Origin: Octopus sinensis
Lineage: Eukaryota
Assembly: GCF_006345805.1 (NCBI RefSeq)
Contig: NC_043003.1
Coordinates: 116,746,001-116,810,000, forward strand
Length of the DNA: 64,000 nucleotides
Direction of reading: 5' to 3'
This document shows positions 41,300-55,861 of this stretch, piece by piece (positions within the stretch are counted from its first letter, which is position 1; every line of letters begins with the position of its first letter). The notes beneath the pieces were generated by a model. That model worked only from the letters and a program-made list of their open reading frames with translations. It had not been told where the DNA came from and made no database searches. Both the position numbers and the translations under genes were made by a program.

Positions 41300-41610
41300 G
41301 TCATCATCATCATCATCATATCATCATCATCATCAACATCATCATCATCAACATCATCATCATCATCATATTCGTCGCCGTCGTCAGTATCATCATCATC
41401 ATCAACATCATCATCGTCGCCATCGTCATTATCATCGTCTTCATCGTCGTCATCATCATCATCAACATCATCATCGTCATCATCATCATCATTATCATCA
41501 TCGTCGTCGTCGTCGTCGCCGTCGTCAGCATCATCATCATCATCATCCTCATCCTCCTCACCCTCCTCATCCTCCTCATCCTCCTCATCATCATCATCAT
41601 CGTCATCGTG
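41215..41610. repeat. (CAT)n array grading into CGT/CCT/CAA variants
   Basis: Direct reading. Confidence 0.95.
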
Positions 41611-42246
41611 ACTGAAAAGCAAGTCACTAATCATTATCGATCCATACACACGACTTATTCGTTGTCCAATCTGGCCATTCACTTGGTTTTCTTTAATATT
41701 ATAACATGGTTTTGAAACAAACTTGGAAAGTTACGCAGACGGTGGTGGGCATCCGATCATTCCTGCATCCTTTGGAGGTGTGACTGAATTGTTTGGTTTT
41801 CAAAACTTATTCGATTAAAACATTTCCATTTAAAAATTGTGTCGTTTGTTAATTTATTAAACTAACGAAAGAGGCGGACAAAAGAATAGAAGAGCAGAAA
41901 TACACGAGAGGAAATTTAACAATTTCTCTCCAATGAAACAATGGCAACGCTACGAGTTTCTCTCCAATTTCATACTTTGTGACAGGGACGGCGACGTTAC
42001 TGCGACAGCATCCCCACCGTCACCCCCACTGGCATTTGCCGAACTATGTTGATAAAGATGGACGCAGAAACTCTCCACGTCCATCTCATTTATTGCCAAT
42101 ATGAACAGCATGAAACTCAAGAAGAAGAAGAAGAAGAATAGTTAAATTTCCCTCAGAGAGAGAGAGAAAAGAACACGCTATATAATTATGGCTGAAGACT
42201 CCAACATACGTGGGATAATTTAGGTCCGTTTTTAATATCCCTTTCA

Positions 42247-42808
42247 TCCATTGGCTAGCACCTTAGTCAAAATGTTCAGGTCTGCATTGAGCAGAGAGAT
42301 TGTCCTGAAGTTATCTATAATGTCCCCCTTCTTTGGATCTTTCTTCAGCAGCGTTACGGCTCTTCGACTCACAAAACCGGGTATGCTCTTGTTTTACTGC
42401 CAGCTGAAGCATACCGCTGCCAAGACGTCTCCAAACAAGTCTGGCATACAATTGTAAAACTCGTAGGGCAGACCATCAAAACCCAGCGATTCGTCTCCCG
42501 AGCATTCTACCATTGCGTCCCGCACATCCGCCGCCGTGATGGTACCCTCGCAGCACTCTGCCTCTCTTGCCGAGAGTCGTGGCAGGCTGTGCAGGTAGGC
42601 ACTGAAGTCCACCCTGCGTTCACGCTCGCCACTCGTCCCGTACAGTCGGGCAAAGTGCCGCTGAAATGCCTCGCACATCTTGCTGGGCTCGAGCAATTCG
42701 TGCCGTTGTTCGTCTACCAGAGACCGAACGGTGGCTTTGTTGCCCTACTGCGCTTCCGCCACTCGGGTCTCTCTCACGGCTTCAACACCTTCCATCCTCA
42801 GAGCACGC

Positions 42809-42809
<1 letters not shown>
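42247..42809 (-). mobile_element. Tx1/L1-clade LINE ORF2 fragment
   Basis: FARLY...LPRLS..EAE..EGTIT..GFDGLPYEFY...VTLLKKDPKKG..IDNFRTISLLNADL.ILTKVLA; 5' end abuts (TATC)n. Confidence 0.85.
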
Positions 42810-42888
<79 letters not shown>

Positions 42889-43733
42889 TGATTGATTGAT
42901 CGATCGATCTATGTCGTAATTATACATAAATACATGACACCATATATGAGTATTCTTTATAGAGGAAGAACAGCAAAGAATTTGAAAGTGTAGTAAGAAG
43001 TGAGTGGATAAGATGTATTGGAATTATTCATGTTGAGAGAAAACAGGCAGATACTGCTGCAGACGAGCAGGGAAACATTTTAACATTTTCACCCATAAAA
43101 CTTAAAAACATCTCCGAAAATCAAGCATTTATTATTTTAGAGAGTCAGTTATTTGATGGCAATTGTGACGTTGATACCTGTTGCTGTTGCTGTTATGCTC
43201 TAAAGTCTTGACATTGAAAGTATATCGATACTGAATCTGTCGCTCAAACTGACATCTAGGCAAGAAAGTATCACGTTTATATTATGCGATTTTACGAGTT
43301 TTCAATGAAACAATCGTGACTGTTGGGGGCAAAATGTAACGTAAAGAGAAATGGTAGAGTGAGTGAAGCAGATATGGAGAAGCAGAGAAAGGATGTATAG
43401 CATTAAATGTTTGTTGTAAAGGAGTTGTTTGCTGATCACCTTTGGGCCCTATTTATTGTATTTTCGTGAAAGTAAACTTTGACTGACACATATCAGGGGT
43501 AGGGGTTGTCTGTACTTTCGTCTCATATTAGAAGAGAATACCGTTCTTTTACGCTCCGACACACATTTTACACATGGAATCTCAAAAGTGATATCTCACT
43601 TTATCTTGATGCCTATATAAGTATTTTTCTCTTTCTTTCTTGCCCCACATCTCTCTCTTTCTCTCTCTCTCCCTACCAGTTTCTCTCCCTTTCACTACAT
43701 ATATGTGTGTATGTGTGTGTGTTCGTATATATA

Positions 43734-43769
<36 letters not shown>

Positions 43770-43776
43770 TATATAT

Positions 43777-43846
<70 letters not shown>

Positions 43847-44059
43847 ATATACACATATATACATATATATATAAATACATATGTATTTCTGCATATATGT
43901 GTGTGCGTGCATATATATATATATATATGTATGTATGTATGTATATATGGTTATATTTCGGGATGGTCATTTTTTGGGCCAAATAAACACACACACTATA
44001 CATATTTTTCTTCACTCGTTTATTACTGTTCTGTTCTTATTATTCTAACTCATGTCCAT

Positions 44060-44105
44060 TGTCCGGAAATCTTTCGTCACGCATCTGTGACCTCTTCGAC
44101 GACAC
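44060..44105 (-). ncRNA. Decayed hammerhead-like motif (family E)
   Basis: GTGTCG-TCGAAGA-G-GTCAC-AGATGC-GTGAC-GAAA-GATTTC-CGGACA. Confidence 0.4.
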
Positions 44106-45112
44106 TTTTCATTTTCGCGTGTGTTCTTGCTCCACTAACTACATTCTATTTTTCCAAATGTATGTATCTTTATGTGCGCATGCGTTTGTGTCCTTGTCTA
44201 TATTTGCGTTTGCGTAAGTGTGTATGTGGGTGTCTATGCTTGTGTGTAAGCCATAGCTACTAGCAGCAGTTTGGCCTTCCCCTCAGCAGCCCCATCCTCT
44301 CACTACATTGTGCTGTTGCTGTCCTAAAACCCGAAACTTTGGTACAGTTCCTGTATCCCTCTGTGTATCTGTGTTCGACCACGGTGTTGCCATCGCGGTA
44401 GATGCTGTAGTTATTGTTAATCTTCTTGTTGGCATTGTTGAGGGCGTCTTTTGTTTTGTGTACGGGTTCGCTTCGTATGTTGTATGTATCCAAGCCCTAT
44501 ATATAGATTTATTTATTTTATATATCTCTGTATCTTATAATTGATCTCAGACGTGTGATAAAAATATTTACATATTTGTTTATTTATTTATTTATATATT
44601 TATTTATTTATTTATTTTATACATTTATCTCTATAGTGTGTTACCCTGTATGTTTCTGTGTATTATTTACGATGTTTTTGTTTTTTGTTTTTCGTTTCTC
44701 GTCATCCCTTCTTTCTTTGGTTATGTGATGTGGTGGCGGGTGTTACTGTTCTATTTGTGTTTTTTACTGTGTCATCTATCTAAGTGAAGTGTCAGTTCTA
44801 TGCATCGGTAATACTTTAACCTCTATGCTATTAATCGAGCCTCCATGTTCTGCCTGACCATGTTGGTAGAGCACTGGCTAGCTTTTCTCTTCATTAAGCT
44901 CCCGCCAATCCCACCTGTAGGCTCTCCTCTGCTGCGTGCAGTCTCTCCATTGTAGGTAGTTGTTACGTTTCTACACCGTCCCTCAGTACATCGTAAGCTA
45001 TACACTACATTCCTAACTTACAGTTAACCCGTAGGTTCATCCTAAATACAACACAATTGTACTCCGTACAGAGGAACTTATCGAAGATAGATAGATAGAT
45101 AGATAGATAGAT

Positions 45113-45161
<49 letters not shown>

Positions 45162-45165
45162 CAGG

Positions 45166-45276
<111 letters not shown>

Positions 45277-45608
45277 AGATAGATCGTGAGTAAAAAATAG
45301 ATTCTGCACGTCAGCTTCAGTATTCATATGAACTGAATATATATACATGAGAGTGATTTTAGAAGAAATGAATTGCTCAATGTGTGAAAATATAGAAAAT
45401 TGGATAAATTGTTCAAACTCTTATGTGTTGAGTTCGAAACGTGGTGGGTAGTTTTTGCTTTTAAATATTTGTTACGCTTCGATAAAATGTGTAACTATCC
45501 AAGAGAGTATTCTAGTTAGTCATTTTGCTTCCTGGTTGATTACCCCCAACTAGTATTTAACCACGTTTGCAGTAGGTTTCATGCGTTGTTGTACGTATGT
45601 TTGTGTGC

Positions 45609-45648
<40 letters not shown>

Positions 45649-45955
45649 ATGTTTGTATTTATTTATATAGTTGAAATTTATAGAGTAAAAAAGTCGAAGA
45701 CAGATGTATGAATAACAAGCAAGTGTATTAGTTTGACGATCACTTTATCCAGTGTTCTAGATAGAACATCATGTCTTATCAATAGATAATACTGTGGTGG
45801 CATTTTTGGACAACTGCTTATGATGTGGTTAATATCTTCAGTGTGAACTCCACAAAGTCTGAATCGGTTGTCACATTTTACCGCTTTCCTTGCATTCTAT
45901 ACCTTTTATGCATCAGGTACTTGGTTGATAATATATATAACATATATATATATAT

Positions 45956-45999
<44 letters not shown>

Positions 46000-46001
46000 T
46001 A

Positions 46002-46042
<41 letters not shown>

Positions 46043-46120
46043 CATATATTGTTTACAAAATCTATATGCCTATATACATATATATATATATATATGATAT
46101 TAATATATAATATATATATA

Positions 46121-46625
46121 AGCCAATAAGGGTTTAGCACGAATTGCCTTACCAATACCGAATTTAGAAATAGCAGTAAGGGTTTATAGCTATTGCTTCT
46201 ACAAAAGGGAGATCTCAGAAAAACAAAAGCAATTGGAAGCTGACACAAACAGTAAGAGGAATAGAATTAACTGCCAATCTATCAAACATTTTTAAAAGTT
46301 ATCTACGGACGTACGTTTCGAAATCAACTTGATTTCGAACGTACGTCCGTGATAACTTTAAAAATGTTTATAGATTGCAGTTAATTCATTCTCTCTTCCC
46401 TGTTTGTGTCAGCCTTCCCATTGCTGTTTTTACTGAGATCTCCCTTTTTAGTAGCAGAAATAGCTCTACCCTTGACTACTATTTCTAAATTCGGTATGTG
46501 GTAAGGCAATTCGTTGCTAAACCCTTATTGCTTAGTATTACTTAAATTTTCCTCGATGAGGCTTTACATGCCAGACTACTTGGTGTAATTGATAATTATT
46601 CAAATTTATTAATTTCACCTTCATT
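46121..46625. mobile_element. Second foldback element of the 32-kb family
   Basis: Arms ~46121-46327 and 46329-46533 with a 1-nt centre; same unpaired 3' extension ending at (AT)n. Confidence 0.88.
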
Positions 46626-46849
46626 ATATATATATATATTATATATATAGTGTGTGTGTGTTGTGGTGTGTGTGTGTGTTTGTTGTTGTGTATAATCATA
46701 AACAAAAGGATTTATGTTCGATCTAATCTTACCGAGCCTCTCCTGAGAATAGCAGCTGAGTGTATAAGCTTGGGCAGAGTTGCTTACAGAAAAACTTCCA
46801 TGGTAACTGAAATTCCAGGGGTAATTTATTACTTACGGACATAATATAG

Positions 46850-46990
46850 TAATTTTGAAAGAAATATTTATAAACATTACATTTATTCCATCTTTGCGGT
46901 AGTTTCAACAATTCCTGCTGTAGATGCACCATAAATATAAATATTTGTGGAATTCTACATATTCCATCGGATGAATATCGATCACATGTA
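46850..46990 (-). pseudogene. Mariner transposase C-terminal remnant
   Basis: QELLKLPQRWNKC resembles the mariner C-terminal KLPxRWxKC motif. Confidence 0.4.
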
Positions 46991-47810
46991 ATTTGTTGTA
47001 ATATTACACAAGCATTTATACTCATATTCATGATGGCTCTGACCAAAATTTTGCTGAATGACCGTAATGAAGAAATAATTGTAATACCATAACTTGAATT
47101 TTAAATGTAAAACGTAGCTCGGTTTTTTCTTAGGTACCATTTAGGCCAAGAGAGAAATGTTTATTTATTCCATACGATACAGATAGGAAAGTTAATATGC
47201 AACAACTAGTTCACTCCATCATATCCAAAATTTTATGTTATTTACGTGAATAAAAGAATTTCGTGCAATAATATCAGTGAAATCAGGCTTGAACGATGTT
47301 GAATTACTGTAATAATGCAATTGGAAAGAATGGTTTCACAGAAACAGCATAAACCGTTAGGCAACAATAATTATTCGCATAGTTGGTGGTATATAACTTG
47401 GCTCAATCAGTTATTCAGTAATCTATCCCTCACAGAAGCAGGCACAATTCTTCAAAACTATACATCAGCCGATGCATCAAAGTTAACATAAGCAGAACTA
47501 TGAGTATTGGAAATATAAGATTTTAAAACGTCGAAGAAAAATGTACACAGATATATCCTTATCTGGTGAAGACAATTGCAATTTCAGAAATGAAGGCTTC
47601 TGCGGTCTTTGAACAACAATGCCTACTAGAATTTATTATACACCAAACTGGTAAAAACTCATAAATCAGACGGAACCAACGAGATGTAATTAAGAATAGT
47701 ATTGAGTGAAAAAACCATCAACCAATATATCCTGCAATAATGCAAGAACAATTAAAAAGAAATTGAAAAATCATATTTTATTCAAATATCAATTGAATTT
47801 GATGACATTG

Positions 47811-47956
47811 CTTTCTGTGGTAGAGCTAGGTCTCGAAACGTCATACACCTCTTCCATTTTCCCTGAGGGGCAACCTCATACAACCTGTATGTCACTCCTG
47901 TACCCGTGTATGTCTCCTGTCTCTTTTTTTGCTTTTTTATGCATAATACTAAACTC
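47811..47956 (+). mobile_element. Family A-related element with degenerate hammerhead
   Basis: CTTT-CTGTGGT-A-GAG-CTAGGT-CTC-GAAAC-GTC; 3' end at (GT)n. Confidence 0.4.
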
Positions 47957-48114
47957 TGTGTGTGTGTGAGTGTGTGTGTGTGTGTGCGTGTGTGTGCATG
48001 TATGTATGAATGGATGGACGGATGTGTGTGTGTATGTATGTAAAGGTATATATATTTGTATGTAGGTATATATATATATAATATATATACATACACACAC
48101 ACATATACACACAA

Positions 48115-48152
<38 letters not shown>

Positions 48153-48227
48153 TTAGAGAAATGGAGAGACAGAAAGAGAGACCGAAAGACAAAGAGAATG
48201 CTTTAGATATGTATTGATATACATATA

Positions 48228-49052
48228 CAGGGTGCGGTGAATAAACTGTCGTTTAATTTACGGGAAAATGAAAATAACACTGACCTCTCATTTCAACAGA
48301 CATATTTTTGCCATAGTTACATCAAAATATCTTGAAATACTAAAGATATTGACTTCAACCACGGCCTCCAGATGACTTCGGAATAGCCTGCAATTCTTCT
48401 GGTTGGTCTCCTTGTTTAATTTGGTGAATGCTGCCATAATTCTTGTCTTCAGTTCATCTTTGGTGTTACAAGGAATTTTGTTTGGTCTCTCACTCAGCTG
48501 CGCCCCACACAGAATAATCAAAGGGGTTACAGTTTGGAGAGATAGGTTGCCAGATGTTAGGCGTGGTGTGGTCATCACTGTGTTGTCCTGCTTGTGTGGC
48601 ATGGTACTGTGTCCTGTTGACAGATTTAGGATCTCCTAGCAGCCACCTTCTTGACCCAAGAGAGCACAACTTCCTGCAGGCAGTTGTCGTAGGCCTCCGT
48701 GCTGAGTCTGAGACCGTGTATGAAGATGAATGAAGACATAACATTGCAATCACTAGCGATCACTCCAAACACCATCATATTCACAGGATGCTTCATTTTA
48801 TCACTCTCGGTAATTGTACTCATATTGACATCTAGGCATTATATGTTCGCATTTGAGCTTCCGGCGCGAATGCTAAACAGTACCACATGGTGGTTTCCAC
48901 GTTTCGAGTAGAGTGAATTGCGTCATGGTGCTGTTTTTCTCACAGACGGTGCCCAACTGACCCTATTATACTGTGTAGTCGACAAAATCGAAAAACAAAC
49001 AATACACAAGATAAAAAATATAAAATGGAGGTAATTTACTCATCGCACCCTG
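48228..49052 (-). mobile_element. Deleted maT (DD37D-type Tc1/mariner) transposon
   Basis: TIRs CAGGGTGCGRTGARTAAA, TA TSDs; transposase remnants KHPVNMMVFGVIAS...GLRLSTEAY and TPNIWQPISPNCNPFDYSVWG. Confidence 0.85.
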
Positions 49053-49119
49053 TATATATTAGATGATGTGGCTGACAGGCAGACAGAGAGATAGAAATAT
49101 ATAGATTGATACATATATG

Positions 49120-49522
49120 AATGCATGCATATATACATACATACGTACGTACGTACGTACATACATACATACACACATACATACGTACTTATATATATGC
49201 ATGCATACACACATACATACATGCGTATATACATACATACATGCTTACATGCTTATATACATACATACATGCACACATACATACATACGTACTTATATAT
49301 ATATATATGCATACAGACATACAGACATGCGTACATACATACATGCATACATGCATACATACATCCATGCTTACGTACTTACATACATACATACATAAAT
49401 AAATACATATATACATACATACATGCATGCATACATACATACATACATACATACATACCATACAAACGTACATACACACATACATACATACATGCATACA
49501 TGCATACATACATGCTTACTAC

Positions 49523-49553
<31 letters not shown>

Positions 49554-50335
49554 CATACATACATACATACATGCATACATACATGCATGCATGCATACAT
49601 GCATACATACATACATGATTACATACTTTCATACATGCATACATACATACATATACATACATACATACATACATACATGCATACATACATACATACATAC
49701 TACTTACATACATACATGCATACATACATACATACGCATACATGCATACATACATACATGCACACATACATCCATCGATACATACATACATGCATACATA
49801 CATACATAAATGCGAACGTACTTACATATATTTATTCATATATGCGTACGTACTTACATACATACATGCATACATACATACATACATACATACATACATA
49901 ATACATACATTCTACATACATACATACATACATACATGCATACATACATACATACATACATGCATACAACATATACATACATACATACATACATACTACA
50001 TACATACATACAATACATACATGCATACATACATGCATACATACATACATACATGCATACATACATACATACAACATACATACATACATACATACATACA
50101 TACACATGCATACATACATACATACATACATATCATACATCATACATATACTACATACATACATACATACATACATTCATACATACATACATACATACAT
50201 ACATACATACATACATGCAATACATACATACATACATACATCATCATAACATACATACCATGCATACATACATACATGCATACATACATGCATACATACA
50301 TACATACATTACATACATACAATACATACAAGATA
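49120..50335. repeat. ~1.2-kb compound (CATA)n microsatellite
   Basis: Direct reading. Confidence 0.97.
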
Positions 50336-50939
50336 TATATATAAATCCCAGAAGTATTTTATTCGCCTGTATTTATATTTTGCAGTTAACCTTTATACCT
50401 TCCTATGGCTTTGTGTTGTCCTTAAATTGTGCCTCCACTGCAGCAGATTCCCATTCTGCGGCACTGTGGGTCGCAACATCCAGCGCATTAGTTTTCGTCA
50501 ATGATGGTATACACGAGGTGGACTTCGACCGAGTTAGATCCGAGAATGTATATTAAAATGTGTTATGTTAACCACGTCTAACTTGAGTCAAACAATAGGC
50601 ATATATCTGAAATACAAAATTAAATAAGAACATTAATATCAATAGATTTTGGAAACAGAATGTTTCTTTCAAAACATTTTCACTTCTTTTGTTATATTTT
50701 TTGCATTTTTATTTCCTACAACAAAAGAATTAATAAGCGGAAATTGTATTTTAAACAGCGTGACGCACAAACACCAATTGTAAACAAAATAAACATTGTG
50801 TATATATGTATGTATATATATGTATGTATGTAAGAGAGTTAGGTCTGCTTGCATGGAGTTACATACAAATACGTACAGAAACATACGTACATGCACACAC
50901 ATATGTACACAATGCTAGCAGCCATGTATATGTGTAAAC

Positions 50940-50975
<36 letters not shown>

Positions 50976-51019
50976 GTATACATAAATATACATATATATA
51001 CATATATTATTATATACAT

Positions 51020-51072
<53 letters not shown>

Positions 51073-51097
51073 TTATGTATACATACATACATACATG

Positions 51098-51146
<49 letters not shown>

Positions 51147-51571
51147 GTATACATAAATATTAAATATACATATACATATATACAGAGAGAGTTAGACAGA
51201 AACCACACACACAAAAACATATGTACATGTTTCTGTTTGCATCTGTGTGTGTGGATGCGAGTGTATGTTTATATACAAAAGGAGAGATAGATAGGTTGTT
51301 AGAGAGATATGTAGATATCTAAGATATTAAAAACTTTCTAATAATTACTTAAACGTTCTGCTCCATTGGAACTGAAGAGCGAAAGGAAATGTAGTGACAA
51401 GTTCATTTTAATGGAAGGAGTTTCGCTTTATTCTTCGGGAAATTCAATTGAAATTCTCTTCATTTCTTTTGTGTATACACAAACACACATACACGCACAA
51501 ACACTCGTACATATATAAAAAAAAAACATATACATATGTCTGTCTGTGTATATGTACGTATAATTATAAAT

Positions 51572-51633
<62 letters not shown>

Positions 51634-52450
51634 TATACACACACACATATATTATATATATATAATATATATTTATATAAATTACTTCGTTGCTGTGCTT
51701 ATTGTTGTTGTCTGTCTGTCTCGAGACAAATAGTGCCGCACAAAAACTGCCAAGGACAACCTCTTTTATTCAAGTCTTTAAGGCGTATCTCTATAGAACT
51801 CTGTGAGTTCTAGTAAGAGTAAGATATGTCGTTGCACATCAAGAATGGAACGTGTGTTCGGTATTTTTCTAATGGATTTTTAAAATTCTTTTTGTTATAA
51901 TATATGAGTGCAGTCAGGCAAAATATATCTCAGATAATTTCGAGAGTCATTATGAAGTGCGTAAATGTTTGTATTTAGCATTATTAATATGTTCTTAGAC
52001 AAGGATATGTGTATGTTAGCGCGGTTTCTTTGAGACGAACATATAACATTAGCAACATACCTGACTCAAAGTAGCCATTAACGATAATATCAATGTCACT
52101 TAATAAACTTTACGTAGCTTCTTTGTGTGAAAATACAATTCATTTTGCATTCGTGTAAAAATATGGATATTACAGTTTTACAACACAATGTGCACTTAAT
52201 TTGCAGTCTACCATCGGTGACATTGTTTGAAGGCGTTTGTGTTTACATTATACTTCGTAAATCTGTCTGAACAATTCTTATTTCGATGTAAATGCCGAAT
52301 AGAGATACCGGACATAAGACGTGAAAAAGGGTAGATCACTGCAGTTCTCTCTCTTATTCCCCATATGCATATATCAGTCTCCACCTCTCTCTCTCTTTAT
52401 ATATATATATATTCATAAGCATGCTTATATATACATAAATATCACCTACA

Positions 52451-52489
<39 letters not shown>

Positions 52490-52681
52490 GTATTTGTGTA
52501 GTATGTATATATATGCATATATATATATGTGTGTGTGTGTGTAGATAGATAAACAGATTGATAGATAGATAGATAGTTATATAGATAGGCAGATAGATTG
52601 ATAGAAAGAGAGAAAGAGAGAGAGATTGATATAGATACATATATACTTATGAATGCATATAATATATAGATGTATATATAC

Positions 52682-52716
<35 letters not shown>

Positions 52717-53239
52717 CCTATATATATATATATGTATATATACATATATAAATAACCACTATATGAATTCAAACGTGTGTGTTATAAGTAAAGAAATATG
52801 TGTGTGTGTGTGATTGTCTTTGTGTGTGTGATTCTGTGTTTGTTTCCTTGTTAGAATATTGGAAATATGTGTTTATACATTCGCGTTTATTGTGTGAGAA
52901 TGACAAAGAAATTATGAAATCAGACAAAAGCCATAGAAACGTGAAGTACCTCTGTTGCAAGTGGTTCCAGGGATTGTTTAGGGTGTGAATATATGTTTTA
53001 CAAACTGGTCTTTCGGTAAAGGTTGAAGTAATGACACATGATTAAATAAGAAAGAAGCATTTTTGCAGTAGATATTCACAAATTTCACTGAAGCTAAAAC
53101 ACTTAGAAAAATTGCAACAACATTTAGCGAGAGGTTTACTGAAGTGGAAGACTCCTTCTCTCACACTTCAATTCAAAATACGGTGCCGTTCTTGGGTTCC
53201 CAATGCAACAATACTGTATATATATATATAATACATATA

Positions 53240-53461
<222 letters not shown>

Positions 53462-53747
53462 GAGATATAGTTTTAGAGAATTATAGATTTGTATTTCTTT
53501 TGTGTGAGAATTCTACATCTATTTACGCAACTCTGTAACGAATAAATTGGCACAAATTGCTTTGAAACTAATCATCTTCAAAACTTCGTCTTTCAAATGA
53601 AAAAGAATAACGGCCTTACAATGCTTAAACAACTTCTCCACTAGGTGCCGCAGCATATTCACACACAGGCACACACAGGCAAAGACAGACAGAGACACAC
53701 ATGCACATACATGAATATCTCTCACTCTCTCTCTCTCACTATACATA

Positions 53748-53748
53748 T

Positions 53749-53827
<79 letters not shown>

Positions 53828-54039
53828 TATAGATAGATAGACAGACAGACAGAAAGAGACAGATAGATAGATAAATAGATAGATAGACAGACAGACAGAC
53901 AGATAGATAGATAATTAGATAGATAGACAGGGAGATAGATAGACAGAGACAGATACATAGATAAATAGATAGATAGATAGATAGATAGATAGATTGATAG
54001 ATAGATAGATAGATGATAGATAGACAGACAGAGACAGAC

Positions 54040-54113
<74 letters not shown>

Positions 54114-54160
54114 GTAGATAAATAGATAGACAGATAAAAGATATAGATATAGATATAGAT
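53748..54160. repeat. (GATA)n/(GACA)n microsatellite
   Basis: Direct reading. Confidence 0.97.
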
Positions 54161-54230
54161 ATACATACACATATATACATACATATATATACATATATAT
54201 ATTATTATATATATATATATAATATTATAT

Positions 54231-54289
<59 letters not shown>

Positions 54290-54700
54290 GTATGTATATA
54301 TGTATGTATGTATACATATATACATATATACCTATGTATTAGGTATTGAAATATATTGTACGAAATCGATGAGATGAATGAAATTCTACCATTTGCAATT
54401 CAATTGTCTCTCTACTTATCCATGAATATGTCTCCGTAGATTTTGACAATGTTTTAGTCACATTCTCCTCATATATCAGAATGTTACATCTTAGCAAAAA
54501 CATTCTAACGCGCGCAGATACACACAAACACAGACACACGAATATATATATACATGCATTTATATATGGATGTAGGTATGTATTTAGAGACTATTATGCA
54601 TGAAATAATAAATGGATAAATATAATTTTATAATTTCCTCTGTTAAGCAGTTTCATTTTATTGATATTCACAAGTGTAAGTAAGTGGTGAGTTACGTTTA

Positions 54701-54800
54701 NNNNNNNNNNNNNNNNNNNNNNNNNNNNNNNNNNNNNNNNNNNNNNNNNNNNNNNNNNNNNNNNNNNNNNNNNNNNNNNNNNNNNNNNNNNNNNNNNNNN
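54701..54800. other. Assembly gap (100 N)
   Basis: Exactly 100 N, typical of an unsized scaffold join. Confidence 0.99.
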
Positions 54801-55316
54801 AAAAGGGATATATGGTAGTGTAAAACAACTTGCTGTAAAAGAATATGGGGGAAAATACGCTCTCGTGAACGGGGGTGTGTGTGGGAGGACTCGGAAGGTT
54901 CACATCGTCAGACCTTGACCTTTAAACTCCAGTGTTTGACCCGAGCAAAAACATAATAGGTGTAAAACAACATGTAGAAAAACGAATATGAAAAAAATGC
55001 GCGCTGGCCAACGTGGGGTATGTATGCATAAACACACATGTCTGTGTGTGATTTGCATTCAATGTACATATGTAGAGAGTGAGCTAGAAATAATTATATA
55101 TAAATAAATATATACATACACACACATACATAAATATATGTGTGTGTGTGTATGTGTGTGTGTATGGATGTATGCATATATATATATATATATGAGTGTG
55201 TATATACATATATATGTGTGTGTGTATGTATATATATGTATATATATATTACATACATATATATATGATATATATATATACATACATATATATATGATAT
55301 ATATATATATACATAC

Positions 55317-55371
<55 letters not shown>

Positions 55372-55472
55372 GTATATATATGTATATATATATACATACA
55401 TATATATGTATATATATATACATATACACATATATATATATTATAATATATATATATAATATATATATATAC

Positions 55473-55525
<53 letters not shown>

Positions 55526-55535
55526 TATATATATA

Positions 55536-55731
55536 GGGAGAGTTTACGAAAAAAACAACAAAGACGAAGACAGATGGTGTACAAAACAAACATGTATAAG
55601 TATAACGCTCAGGAATAGAGAAAGTCTTTTACGTTTCGAGCCTACACTCTCCTACAGAAAGAGACACAGAAAAAAAACAAGGAGAGAAACAAGGAGAGAA
55701 AAAATGTGTGTAGTGGCTAACGATCTATCAT
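55536..55731 (-). mobile_element. Family A hammerhead-bearing short element
   Basis: Motif at 55625-55662; same 5' start (ATGATAGATCGTTAGCC) as the 28143 copy; 3' end at (AT)n. Confidence 0.7.
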
Positions 55732-55861
55732 AGATTGTGGGGCTGATGGAGGGATAGTACCTTTGTAGGAAGACAGACGCCTCGCCTTCCGCAGTTGGTC
55801 TGACTACCCTGGTCCCCACATCAGCCTCAGCTCGAACATATAGCTCCTAGTAGCTGCCGGG

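Noticed and set aside
41130-41682. Poly-His/Ser and poly-Asp ORFs
   Set aside because: Products of a (CAT)n trinucleotide array; no splice or domain context.
44260-45030. Minus-strand ORF-like segments as host exons
   Set aside because: Weak splice signals and no recognisable motif; left unassigned.
54701-54800. Biological inferences spanning the gap
   Set aside because: Unsized scaffold join; adjacency of the two sides is unverified.
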